The notes under the pieces were generated by a model. That model saw only the letters and a list, made by a program, of their open reading frames with translations, was not told the origin of the DNA and made no database searches. The position numbers were made by a program, and so were the translations under genes. DNA of 64,000 nucleotides from Pseudomonadota bacterium. GTDB lineage: Bacteria; Pseudomonadota; Gammaproteobacteria; Burkholderiales; Burkholderiaceae_C. Positions 20,861 to 30,351 of this stretch are shown in pieces; the first letter of the stretch is position 1, and every line of letters starts with the position of its first letter. The stretch covers positions 5,323 to 69,322 of the forward strand of contig JAZKIC010000027.1 in NCBI GenBank assembly GCA_040385065.1, given 5' to 3'.

Positions 20861-22051
20861 TCAGGGCCGCTTGCCAAATTCCACCGACTCCGTCGTCCAG
20901 TCCAGCGCCTGCTGGCTCAGCGAAAAGCCCAGTCCTGGCCGGTCCGATACCCACATGCGGCCATTTTGAAGCTGCATCTGCTCGTTGAACATGGGGCCCA
21001 GCCACTCGAAATGTTCCAGCCATGGCTCCAGGCCGTACGCGGCGGCAAGGTGCAAGTGGATCTCCATCGCAAAGTGCGGGGCAAGTCTGCGCTGCTTGAA
21101 CTCGCCCAGCGCCATGATCTGAAGGAAAGGCGTAATGCCACCGACCCTCGGCGCGTCAGGCTGGATGAAATCGGTGCCGGCCATGATGAGCTGGGAATGC
21201 TCGCCAAAGCTGGTCAGCATTTCGCCGGTGGCGATCGGCGTGTCGAAACGCTCGGCCAGTTGTCCGTGGCCTTCGAAGTCGTAGGCATCAAGGGGCTCTT
21301 CGATCCAGGTCAGGTTGAACTCCTCGAGCGCCCGGCAGGCGCGCGTGGCCTGGGTGCGGTCCCATTGCTGGTTGGCGTCCACCATCAACGCAAAGTCCGG
21401 GCCCAGCAGTTTGCGCACAGCGCGCACGCGCTCGATGTCGATGGAAAGATCGGGCTGCCCTACCTTGAGCTTGATGCCGCCAATGCCGCTCTCACGCGAG
21501 ATCGCAACGTTCTTGAGCACCTGTTCAAGCGGTGTATGAAGGTAGCCGCCCGAGGTGTTGTAGCACTGGACGGAATCGCGGTGAGCGCCCAGCAGCTTGG
21601 CCAGAGGCAACTTCGCGCGCTTGGCTTTCAGGTCCCACAACGCAATGTCGAACGGCGCAATCGCCTGGGTCGTCAGCCCACTGCGGCCCATCGAGGCGCC
21701 AGCCCAGGTCAACTTGATGAACAGTTTGGCGATGTCGTTGGGATCCTCACCCAGTAGATTGGGCGCGATTTCCTGGGCGTGGGCGTACATGCCCGGGCCG
21801 CCCGCGCGCTTGGAGTAGCCGAAGCCGATGCCTTCATGGCCATCACGCGTGCGGATTTCGGCAAAAATGAAAGCGATCTCGGTCAGGGGCTTTTGCCGCC
21901 CGGTCAGCACCTTGGCATCGCTGACGGGCGTGGCCAGCGGAAGGAACATGAGCGAGACCTTGATCCATTCGATGCGGTCCCCCGCGTCGGCTGCGGTGCG
22001 CGCGTCGGGCGCTGCCTTGGCATAAGAAACGATATTTGATTCGACCTGCAT
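20861..22051 (-). CDS. enolase-superfamily enzyme (mandelate racemase / acid-sugar dehydratase type)
   Basis: MR/MLE motifs GIKLKVG, MVDANQQWD, WIEEPL. Start at MQVES, which has a GGAG 9 nt upstream. Confidence 0.85.
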   Translation of the reverse strand: MQVESNIVSYAKAAPDARTAADAGDRIEWIKVSLMFLPLATPVSDAKVLTGRQKPLTEIAFIFAEIRTRDGHEGIGFGYSKRAGGPGMYAHAQEIAPNLLGEDPNDIAKLFIKLTWAGASMGRSGLTTQAIAPFDIALWDLKAKRAKLPLAKLLGAHRDSVQCYNTSGGYLHTPLEQVLKNVAISRESGIGGIKLKVGQPDLSIDIERVRAVRKLLGPDFALMVDANQQWDRTQATRACRALEEFNLTWIEEPLDAYDFEGHGQLAERFDTPIATGEMLTSFGEHSQLIMAGTDFIQPDAPRVGGITPFLQIMALGEFKQRRLAPHFAMEIHLHLAAAYGLEPWLEHFEWLGPMFNEQMQLQNGRMWVSDRPGLGFSLSQQALDWTTESVEFGKRP

Positions 22052-22111
22052 TTTTCGACTCCGGTGGTTCAAGCGTTTGCCCGAGGAAATTTATGAAACC
22101 TGGGCGTCGGG

Positions 22112-23197
22112 TTACTGGCGTGCCGTGGTCCAGACACCCGCGGCTTGCAGCAAGCCCCGCGTGTAGCCCAGGGCAAAAGACATGAAACGTTCACGGTTTT
22201 CATCGAGCTCGGAAACCGGCACGTGATCAGGACACAGCGGGCCCGTGTAGCCGGCACGCTGGTAGGCCTTGATGGCTTCGAACATGTCCACGTCGCCCTC
22301 GTCGGGAAACACTTCCTGAAAGTCGAGGTAACCACCCCGTATGTTTCGGAAATGGACCATGAAGATGCGCCCAGTCGAGGCGAACTCTTCGATGACCGGG
22401 ATCATTTGCTTGCCCGGCTCCGTGAACATTTCGGCCACCGTGCCCTGGCAAAAATTAAGGCCGTGGTTCCGGCTGCCACTCAACGATAAAAACCTGCGCA
22501 AGCCGTCAGCCGAACCCACCACATGCTCGATGCCGTTGAGGCCGCCCACCGGGTAGGCAGGATCATGCGGGTGGCAGGCCAGCCGCACCCCTGCCCTGTC
22601 GGCCGCAGGGATCAGGCCTTCGACCAGAAACTCGATGGCGTCCCAACCCGCTTTCTCCGTCACTGGCGGCACGTCACGTGCGAGCTTTTGTCCACACACA
22701 CTGGCCGTTTCCGCGTCGCCTGCATCCTGCTGGGTCGGATAACCCACACCCCAGTAGGAGTGCTTACGATCGTCCTCGGCCGAATACTCGGCATACACGA
22801 AGCCCGAGTTCCGCGAGCCGCCACGCCCGGGCTTGAGTCCGGTGCGTGTGATGCCCACCATTTGCACGTTGTATTTCAGGCAAGTGATGCCTGCGTCGGC
22901 AGCCTTCTGAATGTTCTCGGCGAGGGTTGCGCGCTGCTTTTTGGCGCCGTCAATGTCAACCAGTGAGTCGAGCAGGATGGAGCCGACATCGAGCGCAAAG
23001 ACGTCGAGCTTCAGGCCGAAACCCTCCACCCATTTTCGGTAGTCGGATAGCTTGCGTGCATCCCATGCGCTGACGCCGCCGCTGGCAGAGACCAGCTCCG
23101 TCCCCCGGTTGTCGAGCACGACGTGTTGAACTCCCAACTGCGTGGACAACCGCAGGCGGCGTTCGTCCGGATTGAGGAGTTGTTCGCTGATGTACAT
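22112..23197 (-). CDS. mannonate dehydratase (UxuA) family TIM-barrel protein
   Basis: 361 aa from MYISEQ. The C-terminal half matches the UxuA pattern: ACHPHDP, NFCQGT, IFMVHFRNIRG, FPDEGDVDM, GPLCPDHVP. Confidence 0.65.
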   Translation of the reverse strand: MYISEQLLNPDERRLRLSTQLGVQHVVLDNRGTELVSASGGVSAWDARKLSDYRKWVEGFGLKLDVFALDVGSILLDSLVDIDGAKKQRATLAENIQKAADAGITCLKYNVQMVGITRTGLKPGRGGSRNSGFVYAEYSAEDDRKHSYWGVGYPTQQDAGDAETASVCGQKLARDVPPVTEKAGWDAIEFLVEGLIPAADRAGVRLACHPHDPAYPVGGLNGIEHVVGSADGLRRFLSLSGSRNHGLNFCQGTVAEMFTEPGKQMIPVIEEFASTGRIFMVHFRNIRGGYLDFQEVFPDEGDVDMFEAIKAYQRAGYTGPLCPDHVPVSELDENRERFMSFALGYTRGLLQAAGVWTTARQ

Positions 23198-23198
23198 G

Positions 23199-23648
23199 TC
23201 AGGCACTGCGCAGGTGGTAGCCACGGCCGGCATAGTCGAAGTCCGCCAGCTCGTTGATGGCAACGTTTTTGTCTGCGGGCGAGGCATAGTAGGCCCGGAT
23301 TTCGGCAATCTTTCCACTGACCGGATCGAAGCGGTACCACTCGTCTCCACGCAAGGCCGTGCCGCTCTTGTTTTTCCAGTGCGTCCACTCGATCACGGCT
23401 TCGGGACTGTCGTGGCTCACCAGTATTTTCTCGATCGTCCATTGCGAGCCGAGTGTTTCGACGCACCAGATCCATTTCTTGGCGATGGTGTCTGCGCTGC
23501 GCCAGGGAACGTCGGGCAGGCCCGGCGGAAAGTAATGCACGGCGTCAGGCGTGAAGCAGTCGATCAGCGCCTGGTAGTCGGCGGCATTGCATGCATCGAA
23601 ATAGCGTCGGATCAGGGCTGCGTGGTCAGCGGGCATGAAAGTACTCAT
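23199..23648 (-). CDS. SnoaL-like / NTF2-fold protein
   Basis: 149 aa from MSTFMPADHAALIRRYFDACNAADYQAL, a typical SnoaL-like N-terminus. Only a 1-nt gap to the downstream gene. Confidence 0.7.
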   Translation of the reverse strand: MSTFMPADHAALIRRYFDACNAADYQALIDCFTPDAVHYFPPGLPDVPWRSADTIAKKWIWCVETLGSQWTIEKILVSHDSPEAVIEWTHWKNKSGTALRGDEWYRFDPVSGKIAEIRAYYASPADKNVAINELADFDYAGRGYHLRSA

Positions 23649-23665
23649 CAATAGGGCTTTCTTGT

Positions 23666-24475
23666 TCAGCGGGTGGCGGGTGCTGCGGGCAATATGGGCG
23701 GTCGGCCTTCGGCCAGCCAGGCCTTGTGCTGCGCGCGGGTCAGCTCGCTCGGCGGGTAAAGCCCCCAAAGCGCCTCGCCCGCTTTGACGCGCATGGCCAG
23801 ATACGCTTCTATGTCGTCACGCTTTTCGCACAAGTCTGCCATCTGCTCGGCCAGATGCGCCGGGATCACCGTGATGTTGTCACCATCCCCGTGGATAACA
23901 TCCCCGGGATAGACGGCCACCCCGGCGCAACCGATGGGCACGTTCAGGTCGGCCACGTGATGAAAGGACAGGCGCGTGGTGGCCGTGACACCGGTGGACC
24001 AGATGGGAAAGTCCATCTCGCTCAGTTCGGTGCCGTCCCGAAACGTACCGTCGGTGACCACACCTCTGGCGCCCCGCATCATCATGCGGGTGATGAGCAT
24101 GTTGCCCATCGACGCTGCGCGGCCATCCTTGTTGCTGTCGATCACCAGCACATGGCCTGGTTCGAGCTGTTCCACGCCCACCCATTGCAAGTTGTCGGCG
24201 GACGGCTCGGTCGTCAGGTTGCCGTAGACGTCCACGTCTTCCCGCGCCGGGATGAATCGCATGGTGTACGCGCGACCGGCGAATGGCTTAATTTTCTTGT
24301 TGAGCGGCCTAAGTCCGTGCAGTACCGGTTGGCGAAATCCCTTGATGTAGAGCTGAGTGGTGAGCGACCCACTGCTGCAGCGCGCCAGCCGGTCCAGTAC
24401 CTCATCGGGAACGAACGGCGCCGGCTCGCGCTGGGGAATCACGGTTAGCGGTGGCGCAGCGAAGAAAGAAGTCAT
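23666..24475 (-). CDS. RraA-family protein (putative 4-hydroxy-2-oxoacid aldolase / demethylmenaquinone methyltransferase-like fold)
   Basis: 269-aa ORF. Core GHVLVIDSNKDGRAASMGNMLITRMMMRGARGVVTDGTFRD, as in the RraA/HMG aldolase family. Has an extra C-terminal tail of about 60 aa. Confidence 0.7.
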   Translation of the reverse strand: MTSFFAAPPLTVIPQREPAPFVPDEVLDRLARCSSGSLTTQLYIKGFRQPVLHGLRPLNKKIKPFAGRAYTMRFIPAREDVDVYGNLTTEPSADNLQWVGVEQLEPGHVLVIDSNKDGRAASMGNMLITRMMMRGARGVVTDGTFRDGTELSEMDFPIWSTGVTATTRLSFHHVADLNVPIGCAGVAVYPGDVIHGDGDNITVIPAHLAEQMADLCEKRDDIEAYLAMRVKAGEALWGLYPPSELTRAQHKAWLAEGRPPILPAAPATR

Positions 24476-25205
24476 GGTGTGTGGAAGAAGAAAAGCAGAG
24501 TTATTTCAAGCGGCGATTACGGGTTGGCTCCGCGGCATGATGCGATCCTAGGCTCAAAGAAAGCTCAAGCGCCCGGGTCGATACTGCCCGCAACAACACG
24601 GAAGCATTTAATTTGAACCGGTGGCGCTTGACGCCAGCTTATCGGCATTTGATATGCAAAAAGCCCCTGCCCGTTCCCCTGCTTGGGCTTTGCCCGCCTT
24701 ATTTGATGAGCTTTAGAGAAGGGAGGCGAGGCTACTTCCCCAAGCGGCGAGTCTGGACTTTTGCTGCGCTTTCCTGTTCGCTGATTGTCTTCAAAACACG
24801 AGTTTTCCTCTGCAAGGAAAAGTCCTGGGATTCCCGGTTCTGGCTTTCTCAAGCATCTCACCGCCCGAGGCCTCGCGCGATACGCAGGTAGACGGAGCTT
24901 CGCTTTATCCCGGCACTGTGGTGCCGAGGCAGGCCGGGTGTCACCTATCTGACCACCCCCGCCGCTCACCTTCAAACCTGAGAGATAGGCCCATTTGTCC
25001 CTGCTGTTCCGGCACTGCATTTAACGCTCGGGCATGAAGAATCACATGTACGACCACTGCCTATCAGCGCCGCATAACCCCATGCAAATCGCCTCCATCG
25101 CTTCTGACGAACCCACCGAGGTGTGCCTGGACGAGATCGTCCGATCCACAGCCGCCATCTGCGTTACGTGGATCGGGCAAAAACCACGGTGTCACCGTCC
25201 TGCCC

Positions 25206-26018
25206 ATGCATGATGTTTATGCCATTTCCAACCTTGGGAGCGATGTACTCCGCGGAAACAACGCGACGTTGTCAAGCCCCCAGGTCGAGTTCCTGATCAG
25301 GACGAACGGGGCGCAGTCGCTCGTCCAGATCCGCGCGTCCATGCCGGAGCTTTCGCAAGACGACTACGACGCCATCGTGCGGGAGATGATCAATCAGAAG
25401 CTGGTCACGCCGGTCGTCGTCGACCCTGTGGAATCAAATATGCAGGCCAGCCTGAATCTCCTCACGAAAACACCGGGAACGTCGGCAGTGGATTCAGGCG
25501 TGTCGTCGCTCGAAACGAGCGGATTCTACGTAGAGATTGCCCGGGCGCGCGGTGAAAGACGCATCCGGGATCCGGGAGATCCCTTGTCCGCCATCGTCGT
25601 TGAAGACGAGCCCACGCTGGCCAAATTCATTCAGACCTATCTTGGGTTCGAAGGGTTCAATGTCCGGCTCGCCGGGAACCGCGCCAAGATTCGGGCCGAG
25701 TTCGGCAAGCTGCCGGTACCGGACGTCGTCCTGCTGGATGTCCAGCTCCCGGATGCGGACGGTTTTGACATTCTGTCGAGGCTGCGAACACACAAGACCT
25801 TTGGCGATGTCCCGGTCATCATGTTGACGGGAAAAGCCACGCGAGCGGCCGTGCTCAAAGGCATGGCTGCCGGCGCCGACGGCTACGTAACCAAGCCATT
25901 CGAGGCCGAATCGCTCATACACGCGGTGCAAACCGTCGTCGGCCTTAAGCAAGCACCCAAGACAGTCAAGACGCAGGACCCCTGGGTCAACCGGAATTCC
26001 AGCTTCTGGAAAGGCTAA
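25206..26018 (+). CDS. response regulator: unknown N-terminal domain of about 135 aa plus a REC receiver
   Basis: Receiver motifs IVVEDEP, VVLLDVQLPDADG, VIMLTGK, DGYVTKPF. I recognise no DNA-binding output domain. Confidence 0.8.
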   Translation: MHDVYAISNLGSDVLRGNNATLSSPQVEFLIRTNGAQSLVQIRASMPELSQDDYDAIVREMINQKLVTPVVVDPVESNMQASLNLLTKTPGTSAVDSGVSSLETSGFYVEIARARGERRIRDPGDPLSAIVVEDEPTLAKFIQTYLGFEGFNVRLAGNRAKIRAEFGKLPVPDVVLLDVQLPDADGFDILSRLRTHKTFGDVPVIMLTGKATRAAVLKGMAAGADGYVTKPFEAESLIHAVQTVVGLKQAPKTVKTQDPWVNRNSSFWKG

Positions 26019-26019
26019 C

Positions 26020-29000
26020 TTGCCAAACCGCAGCAAACTACGCATCCTTCTGGCTGAAGACGTGGAGATCAACCAGGAGATTCTGAACGACGTGCTGAGC
26101 GGCGAGGGGCACACGCTTGCCATCGCGGGCGACGGCGCGCAGGCTGTCGAACTTGCCAGACAGGGCAGCTTCGACCTGATCCTGATGGACCTTCAAATGC
26201 CAGTCATGGATGGCATTGAAGCAGCTCGGCAGATCAGGCGACTCCCCCAACCGAAGGGCAGTGTCCCGATCCTGGCGCTCAGCGCCGTCCGTGAAGGTTC
26301 GAGCGAGCACCAGCGGTGCCTGGATGCGGGCATGAATGGCTCGCTTGCCAAGCCCTTCGACTGGGCGCAAATTACCGCCGCACTTGATCGCTACTCCGTA
26401 TCAAACCCCGTGGCGACTTCGGCGCCAAGCGCCGAGCCGCGAGAGTCGTCGGCTATCGTGAAAATGGACGTTCTGGAGCATCTGGGGAAACTCGCGGGCC
26501 TTGGCCGGGTGCGGCAGATGGTGTACGACGCCATGGCTTCTTACGACGGCTACTGCGCGGGCATGATCGATCCAGCCGCGAGCGATGCGTGGATCAGGAC
26601 AGAGGCACACAAGCTCCGGGGCTCCGCAGGAACGATGGGGCTTTTCGGAGTTACTGCTGTGGCAGCCCTTATCGAAGACGCGCCCGAGGACAATGTGACC
26701 TTGCCAGGGCTGGTCCGCGAACTGGAGGCCATGCTGGCGGAAACCCGGCGCCAGCTCACCTTGGTGGGAGTGTTGCTCCTGGATACCCCGCGCGTTGCCG
26801 ATCCATGCGTATCCTCAGCGCTCCCTGTCGCGCCAGCCGTTGCGCTGGCGCCAGCCCCAGGGCCTGTAGTTCCTGGGGCTGGAATGGAGGCGCTGCAACA
26901 AGCACACGACATGCTGGTGTCCACCATTGATGCGACCAGCGAGGCCATCCTGGCCGTTCAGCCCGACGGTGGCATGGTGATGAACATACGGATGGCAGAA
27001 ATGTGGGCCCTTCCGGAGGAAGACATCAGCAGCCTCACCTTGGAGACCCTGCGCACCGTCATGCGCGAGCGCATGAAGCACCCCGAGCAATTGGACCAGC
27101 TGGTCGATCGCCTGAACAACCGTCCGTTGGAGAAGTCGGTTGACAGCATCGCGTTGATGGACGGCAGGTTCCTGACGCGCACGGTCGCGCCCCAGTTTAT
27201 CCACGGTAGGTGCGTGGGCAATGTGATCACCTACCGGGACGTGACGGACAGTGTTCGCCATGAGGAGGAGATGGCCTTCAACCTGCAGGTGATCGAAAAC
27301 TCACCGCCCATGTTCTGGATTGACTCCGCAAACGGCGCCATCACCTATGTCAATCCTGCGGCCTGCGATCACCTGGGCTATACCGCTGCCGAATTCAAGA
27401 AACTCAAGCTAAAGGATTTCTCCGTCGAACTGACCCGGGACAGGGTGAAGAGCATATTTGCCGGCACGGCCAACGGCGGCTCCGTCACCTACACGAATGT
27501 GCATCGACGAAAGGATGGCGTGCTTAGAGACGTCGCTGTTTCGATTTTCCTGACGGAACTCGGCAGGCGTAGCATGTTCGTGATCACGATCAAGGACATC
27601 ACGGAACAAAGACGCGCTGAACTCGAAGCAGAGCATCAGCAAACGCTGCTGCTTTCCTTGATCGACTCAATGCCCGACGCCATCTTCTACAAAGACCTAG
27701 AGGGACGTTACCAGGGCTGCAACAAGGCCTACAGTGAACGTTCCGGCTTTTCACGTGAACAGCTGATCGGCCGCACGGCTGACGATCTGTTTCCTTCGGC
27801 ACGGGTGGAAAAGATTCGTGCGCGCGACAGTCAGGCGATTGCATCGGTCGTACCAGTCAGGCTCGAGGAGCTGATCACGAAAGCCGATGGACAAGAGGTG
27901 TTCTACGAGACGGTCATCTCGCCGCTGTGGGGAAAGGACAGGTCAGCCCGAGGCCTTCTGGCGGTGTCCCGTGACATCACGCTGCGCAAGCAGTACGAAC
28001 AGGATATTCGGCGGGCAATGGAAGTCGCCGAATCGGCTACACGCTCAAAGTCGGACTTCCTGGCCAATATGAGCCACGAGATTCGAACGCCGATGAACGC
28101 CATCATCGGTCTGTCGCACCTCGCGCTCGAAATGGATCTGGCACCGCGTCAACGCGACTACATCAGCAAGGTGCAGTCGGCAGGACAACACCTTTTGGGC
28201 GTCATCAACGACATCCTGGATTTTTCCAAAGTCGAAGCAGGCAAGCTCACGCTGGAGGCATCGGAGTTTGCACTCCAGAAGGTGCTCGACACCACGATCG
28301 ACCTTTGCGTCGGGGAGTGTGACGCGAAGGGCTTGGCGCTCATCGTGGACGTGGGCGCCTCGGTGCCGCCGTACGTGCGTGGTGATTCGCTGCGACTGGG
28401 CCAGGTGCTCGTCAACCTCGTGAACAATGCGGTGAAGTTCACCCCTTCCGGACAGGTCGAGATTTCGGTCCATGCAGCCGAATGCACGGAGGCGTCAACG
28501 GTTCTGGAGTTTCGGGTGCGCGATACGGGCATCGGCATGTCGCAAGACCAGATCGATCGCTTGTTCCAGAGTTTCTCCCAAGCGGACACATCGACTACCC
28601 GTAGATTCGGCGGCACCGGGCTGGGCCTGGCCATCAGCAAGAAGCTGGCTGAACTCATGGAGGGGCAGATCCGGGTTGAAAGCGCCCTTGGCCAGGGCAG
28701 CACTTTCATCTTCACCGCCCGTCTGGGTGCCGTTGAAGACCGCTCGAAAGATCTGGTACCCCGCGCCGACCTGCGCGGATGCCGTGCGCTGGTGGTAGAT
28801 GACAGCCCGCATGCGCGGACTTCGATCCGCGACATGCTGGAAAAGATGACATTCGTTGTGACCGAGGCTGCTTCAGGGGCTGATGCCATTGAAGCCGTGC
28901 GCGCGGCTGCAGCCGCGCAAGCCCCGTTCGGCATTGTTTACCTCGATTGGCGCATGCCCGAAATGGACGGCATCGAAACGGCACGCCGAATCAAGTCCCT

Positions 29001-30141
29001 CGGACTTGCGCTGCCACCGGTCATGATGTTGGTGTCCTCGCACAGCCGGGAGGAAATGCTGAAGGATGCGCGGGCGATCGGGCTCAAAGGTGTTCTGGTC
29101 AAACCGGTCAACATGTCACTGCTGTTCGACACGACCATGGACCTGCTTGCTCCTCAGGCACCGTCGCAAGTGCTTTCGCTGCCTGGTTCTGCGAGGTCAG
29201 AGGCCGCGTCAGGCCTTCAGCACATTCGCGGCCGGCGGGTGTTGCTGGTGGAGGACAACGACATCAACCAGCTGGTCGCTTCCGGAATGCTTGCCAGTGT
29301 GGGATTGATTGTCGACGTCGCAGAGAACGGGGCCGTTGCCCTGGACATGGTGCAGCGCAATCAGTACGCCCTGGTTTTCATGGACATGCACATGCCCGTG
29401 ATGGACGGCGTGAGCAGCACTCGGGCCATCCGAAAGATAGAACAGCTCAAACGGCTGCCGATCATCGCCATGACCGCCAATGCCATGGAGCAGGACCGTG
29501 AGAGGTGCCTGGAGTCGGGCATGGATGCGGTGGTCGTCAAACCGATCGACCCGGAGGTCCTTTGGGCCACGTTGCGCCAATGGATTCCCGCGGCCGAACC
29601 GGCAACACTGCCCGGGCCGGCGCTTGCACCGGCGCAGCCGCAGCCGCAGGCGCCAGAGGCTGCACTCCAGGCGCGGGCAAACGCCGGCGCCGGCCCAACT
29701 ATGTTGCTCGTCGAGGGACTTCCCTGCGTCGAGGGTCTCGACACCACACTGGGCATGAGCAGGGTGTTGAATAAGCGGCCCCTGTACCTCACGATCCTGC
29801 GTCGCTTTGTGACAGGGAATGGATCAACGGCCACGCAGATTGCAGACGCGTTGAGCCTCGGGGATCACGCCGTCGCCGAGCGACTCGCCCACAGTTGCAA
29901 ATCGGTCGCGGGCAACATCGGTGCCGGCCGCCTCGAGTACCTCGCAGGGTGCCTGGAAAGCGCACTCCGCGAGCGGCACCCCGCAGCCGACATCCAGGCG
30001 CGTTTGCGAGAGTTTGAGCGTGAACTGATCAAAATGGTTGCCAAACTGAACACAGCACTGCCCAAGGAGATGCAGGAAGAGGCGCACGCCAGGCGGCCCA
30101 CCTTAGTGCCTGTGCAAAGAGCGTTCGGTGGCGCCGGTTGA
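26020..30141 (+). CDS. hybrid sensor histidine kinase / response regulator (REC-HPt-PAS(x3)-HisKA-HATPase-REC-REC-HPt)
   Basis: 1373-aa ORF. N-terminal REC (ILLAEDVEINQ, LILMDLQMPVMDG), HKLRGSAGTMG (HPt-like), PAS regions, H-box FLANMSHEIRTPMN, G-box GGTGLGLAISK, two more REC domains, and a C-terminal HPt (AHSCKSVAGNIG). Starts 2 nt after the upstream response-regulator stop. Confidence 0.9.
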   Translation: MPNRSKLRILLAEDVEINQEILNDVLSGEGHTLAIAGDGAQAVELARQGSFDLILMDLQMPVMDGIEAARQIRRLPQPKGSVPILALSAVREGSSEHQRCLDAGMNGSLAKPFDWAQITAALDRYSVSNPVATSAPSAEPRESSAIVKMDVLEHLGKLAGLGRVRQMVYDAMASYDGYCAGMIDPAASDAWIRTEAHKLRGSAGTMGLFGVTAVAALIEDAPEDNVTLPGLVRELEAMLAETRRQLTLVGVLLLDTPRVADPCVSSALPVAPAVALAPAPGPVVPGAGMEALQQAHDMLVSTIDATSEAILAVQPDGGMVMNIRMAEMWALPEEDISSLTLETLRTVMRERMKHPEQLDQLVDRLNNRPLEKSVDSIALMDGRFLTRTVAPQFIHGRCVGNVITYRDVTDSVRHEEEMAFNLQVIENSPPMFWIDSANGAITYVNPAACDHLGYTAAEFKKLKLKDFSVELTRDRVKSIFAGTANGGSVTYTNVHRRKDGVLRDVAVSIFLTELGRRSMFVITIKDITEQRRAELEAEHQQTLLLSLIDSMPDAIFYKDLEGRYQGCNKAYSERSGFSREQLIGRTADDLFPSARVEKIRARDSQAIASVVPVRLEELITKADGQEVFYETVISPLWGKDRSARGLLAVSRDITLRKQYEQDIRRAMEVAESATRSKSDFLANMSHEIRTPMNAIIGLSHLALEMDLAPRQRDYISKVQSAGQHLLGVINDILDFSKVEAGKLTLEASEFALQKVLDTTIDLCVGECDAKGLALIVDVGASVPPYVRGDSLRLGQVLVNLVNNAVKFTPSGQVEISVHAAECTEASTVLEFRVRDTGIGMSQDQIDRLFQSFSQADTSTTRRFGGTGLGLAISKKLAELMEGQIRVESALGQGSTFIFTARLGAVEDRSKDLVPRADLRGCRALVVDDSPHARTSIRDMLEKMTFVVTEAASGADAIEAVRAAAAAQAPFGIVYLDWRMPEMDGIETARRIKSLGLALPPVMMLVSSHSREEMLKDARAIGLKGVLVKPVNMSLLFDTTMDLLAPQAPSQVLSLPGSARSEAASGLQHIRGRRVLLVEDNDINQLVASGMLASVGLIVDVAENGAVALDMVQRNQYALVFMDMHMPVMDGVSSTRAIRKIEQLKRLPIIAMTANAMEQDRERCLESGMDAVVVKPIDPEVLWATLRQWIPAAEPATLPGPALAPAQPQPQAPEAALQARANAGAGPTMLLVEGLPCVEGLDTTLGMSRVLNKRPLYLTILRRFVTGNGSTATQIADALSLGDHAVAERLAHSCKSVAGNIGAGRLEYLAGCLESALRERHPAADIQARLREFERELIKMVAKLNTALPKEMQEEAHARRPTLVPVQRAFGGAG

Positions 30142-30351
30142 TCGCTGTGCTATTTCGAAGAAACCAGCGCCGGCGGGTTCCCACGGCAGCGGCTGCTTCG
30201 TCATGTGGCCACGACAGCAGCGACGCTAGCCCGGCAGTGCCCACCACGAAGAGGCAGAACCAGGGAAAAGCCCGCCGCAGCGTCGCCGGCCAAGGGTGCC
30301 GGCAGAGCTGATAACTGGAACGCTGCAAAGCCAGAGGAGCCAGCGAATGGG

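Noticed and set aside
24816-24830. GGAAAAGTCCTGGGA, which resembles the RNase P RNA P4 motif GGAAAGTCCGGGC
   Set aside because: The partner P4 strand, other conserved RNase P elements and the expected length of about 350 nt are absent. The nearby CCCGGTTCTGG is too close to be the partner strand. Likely chance similarity.
24565-25020. 151-aa minus-strand ORF in the long spacer
   Set aside because: The translation (…RPASAPQCRDKAKLRLPAYRARPRAVRCLRKPEPG…) is not protein-like. There is no SD and no codon bias.
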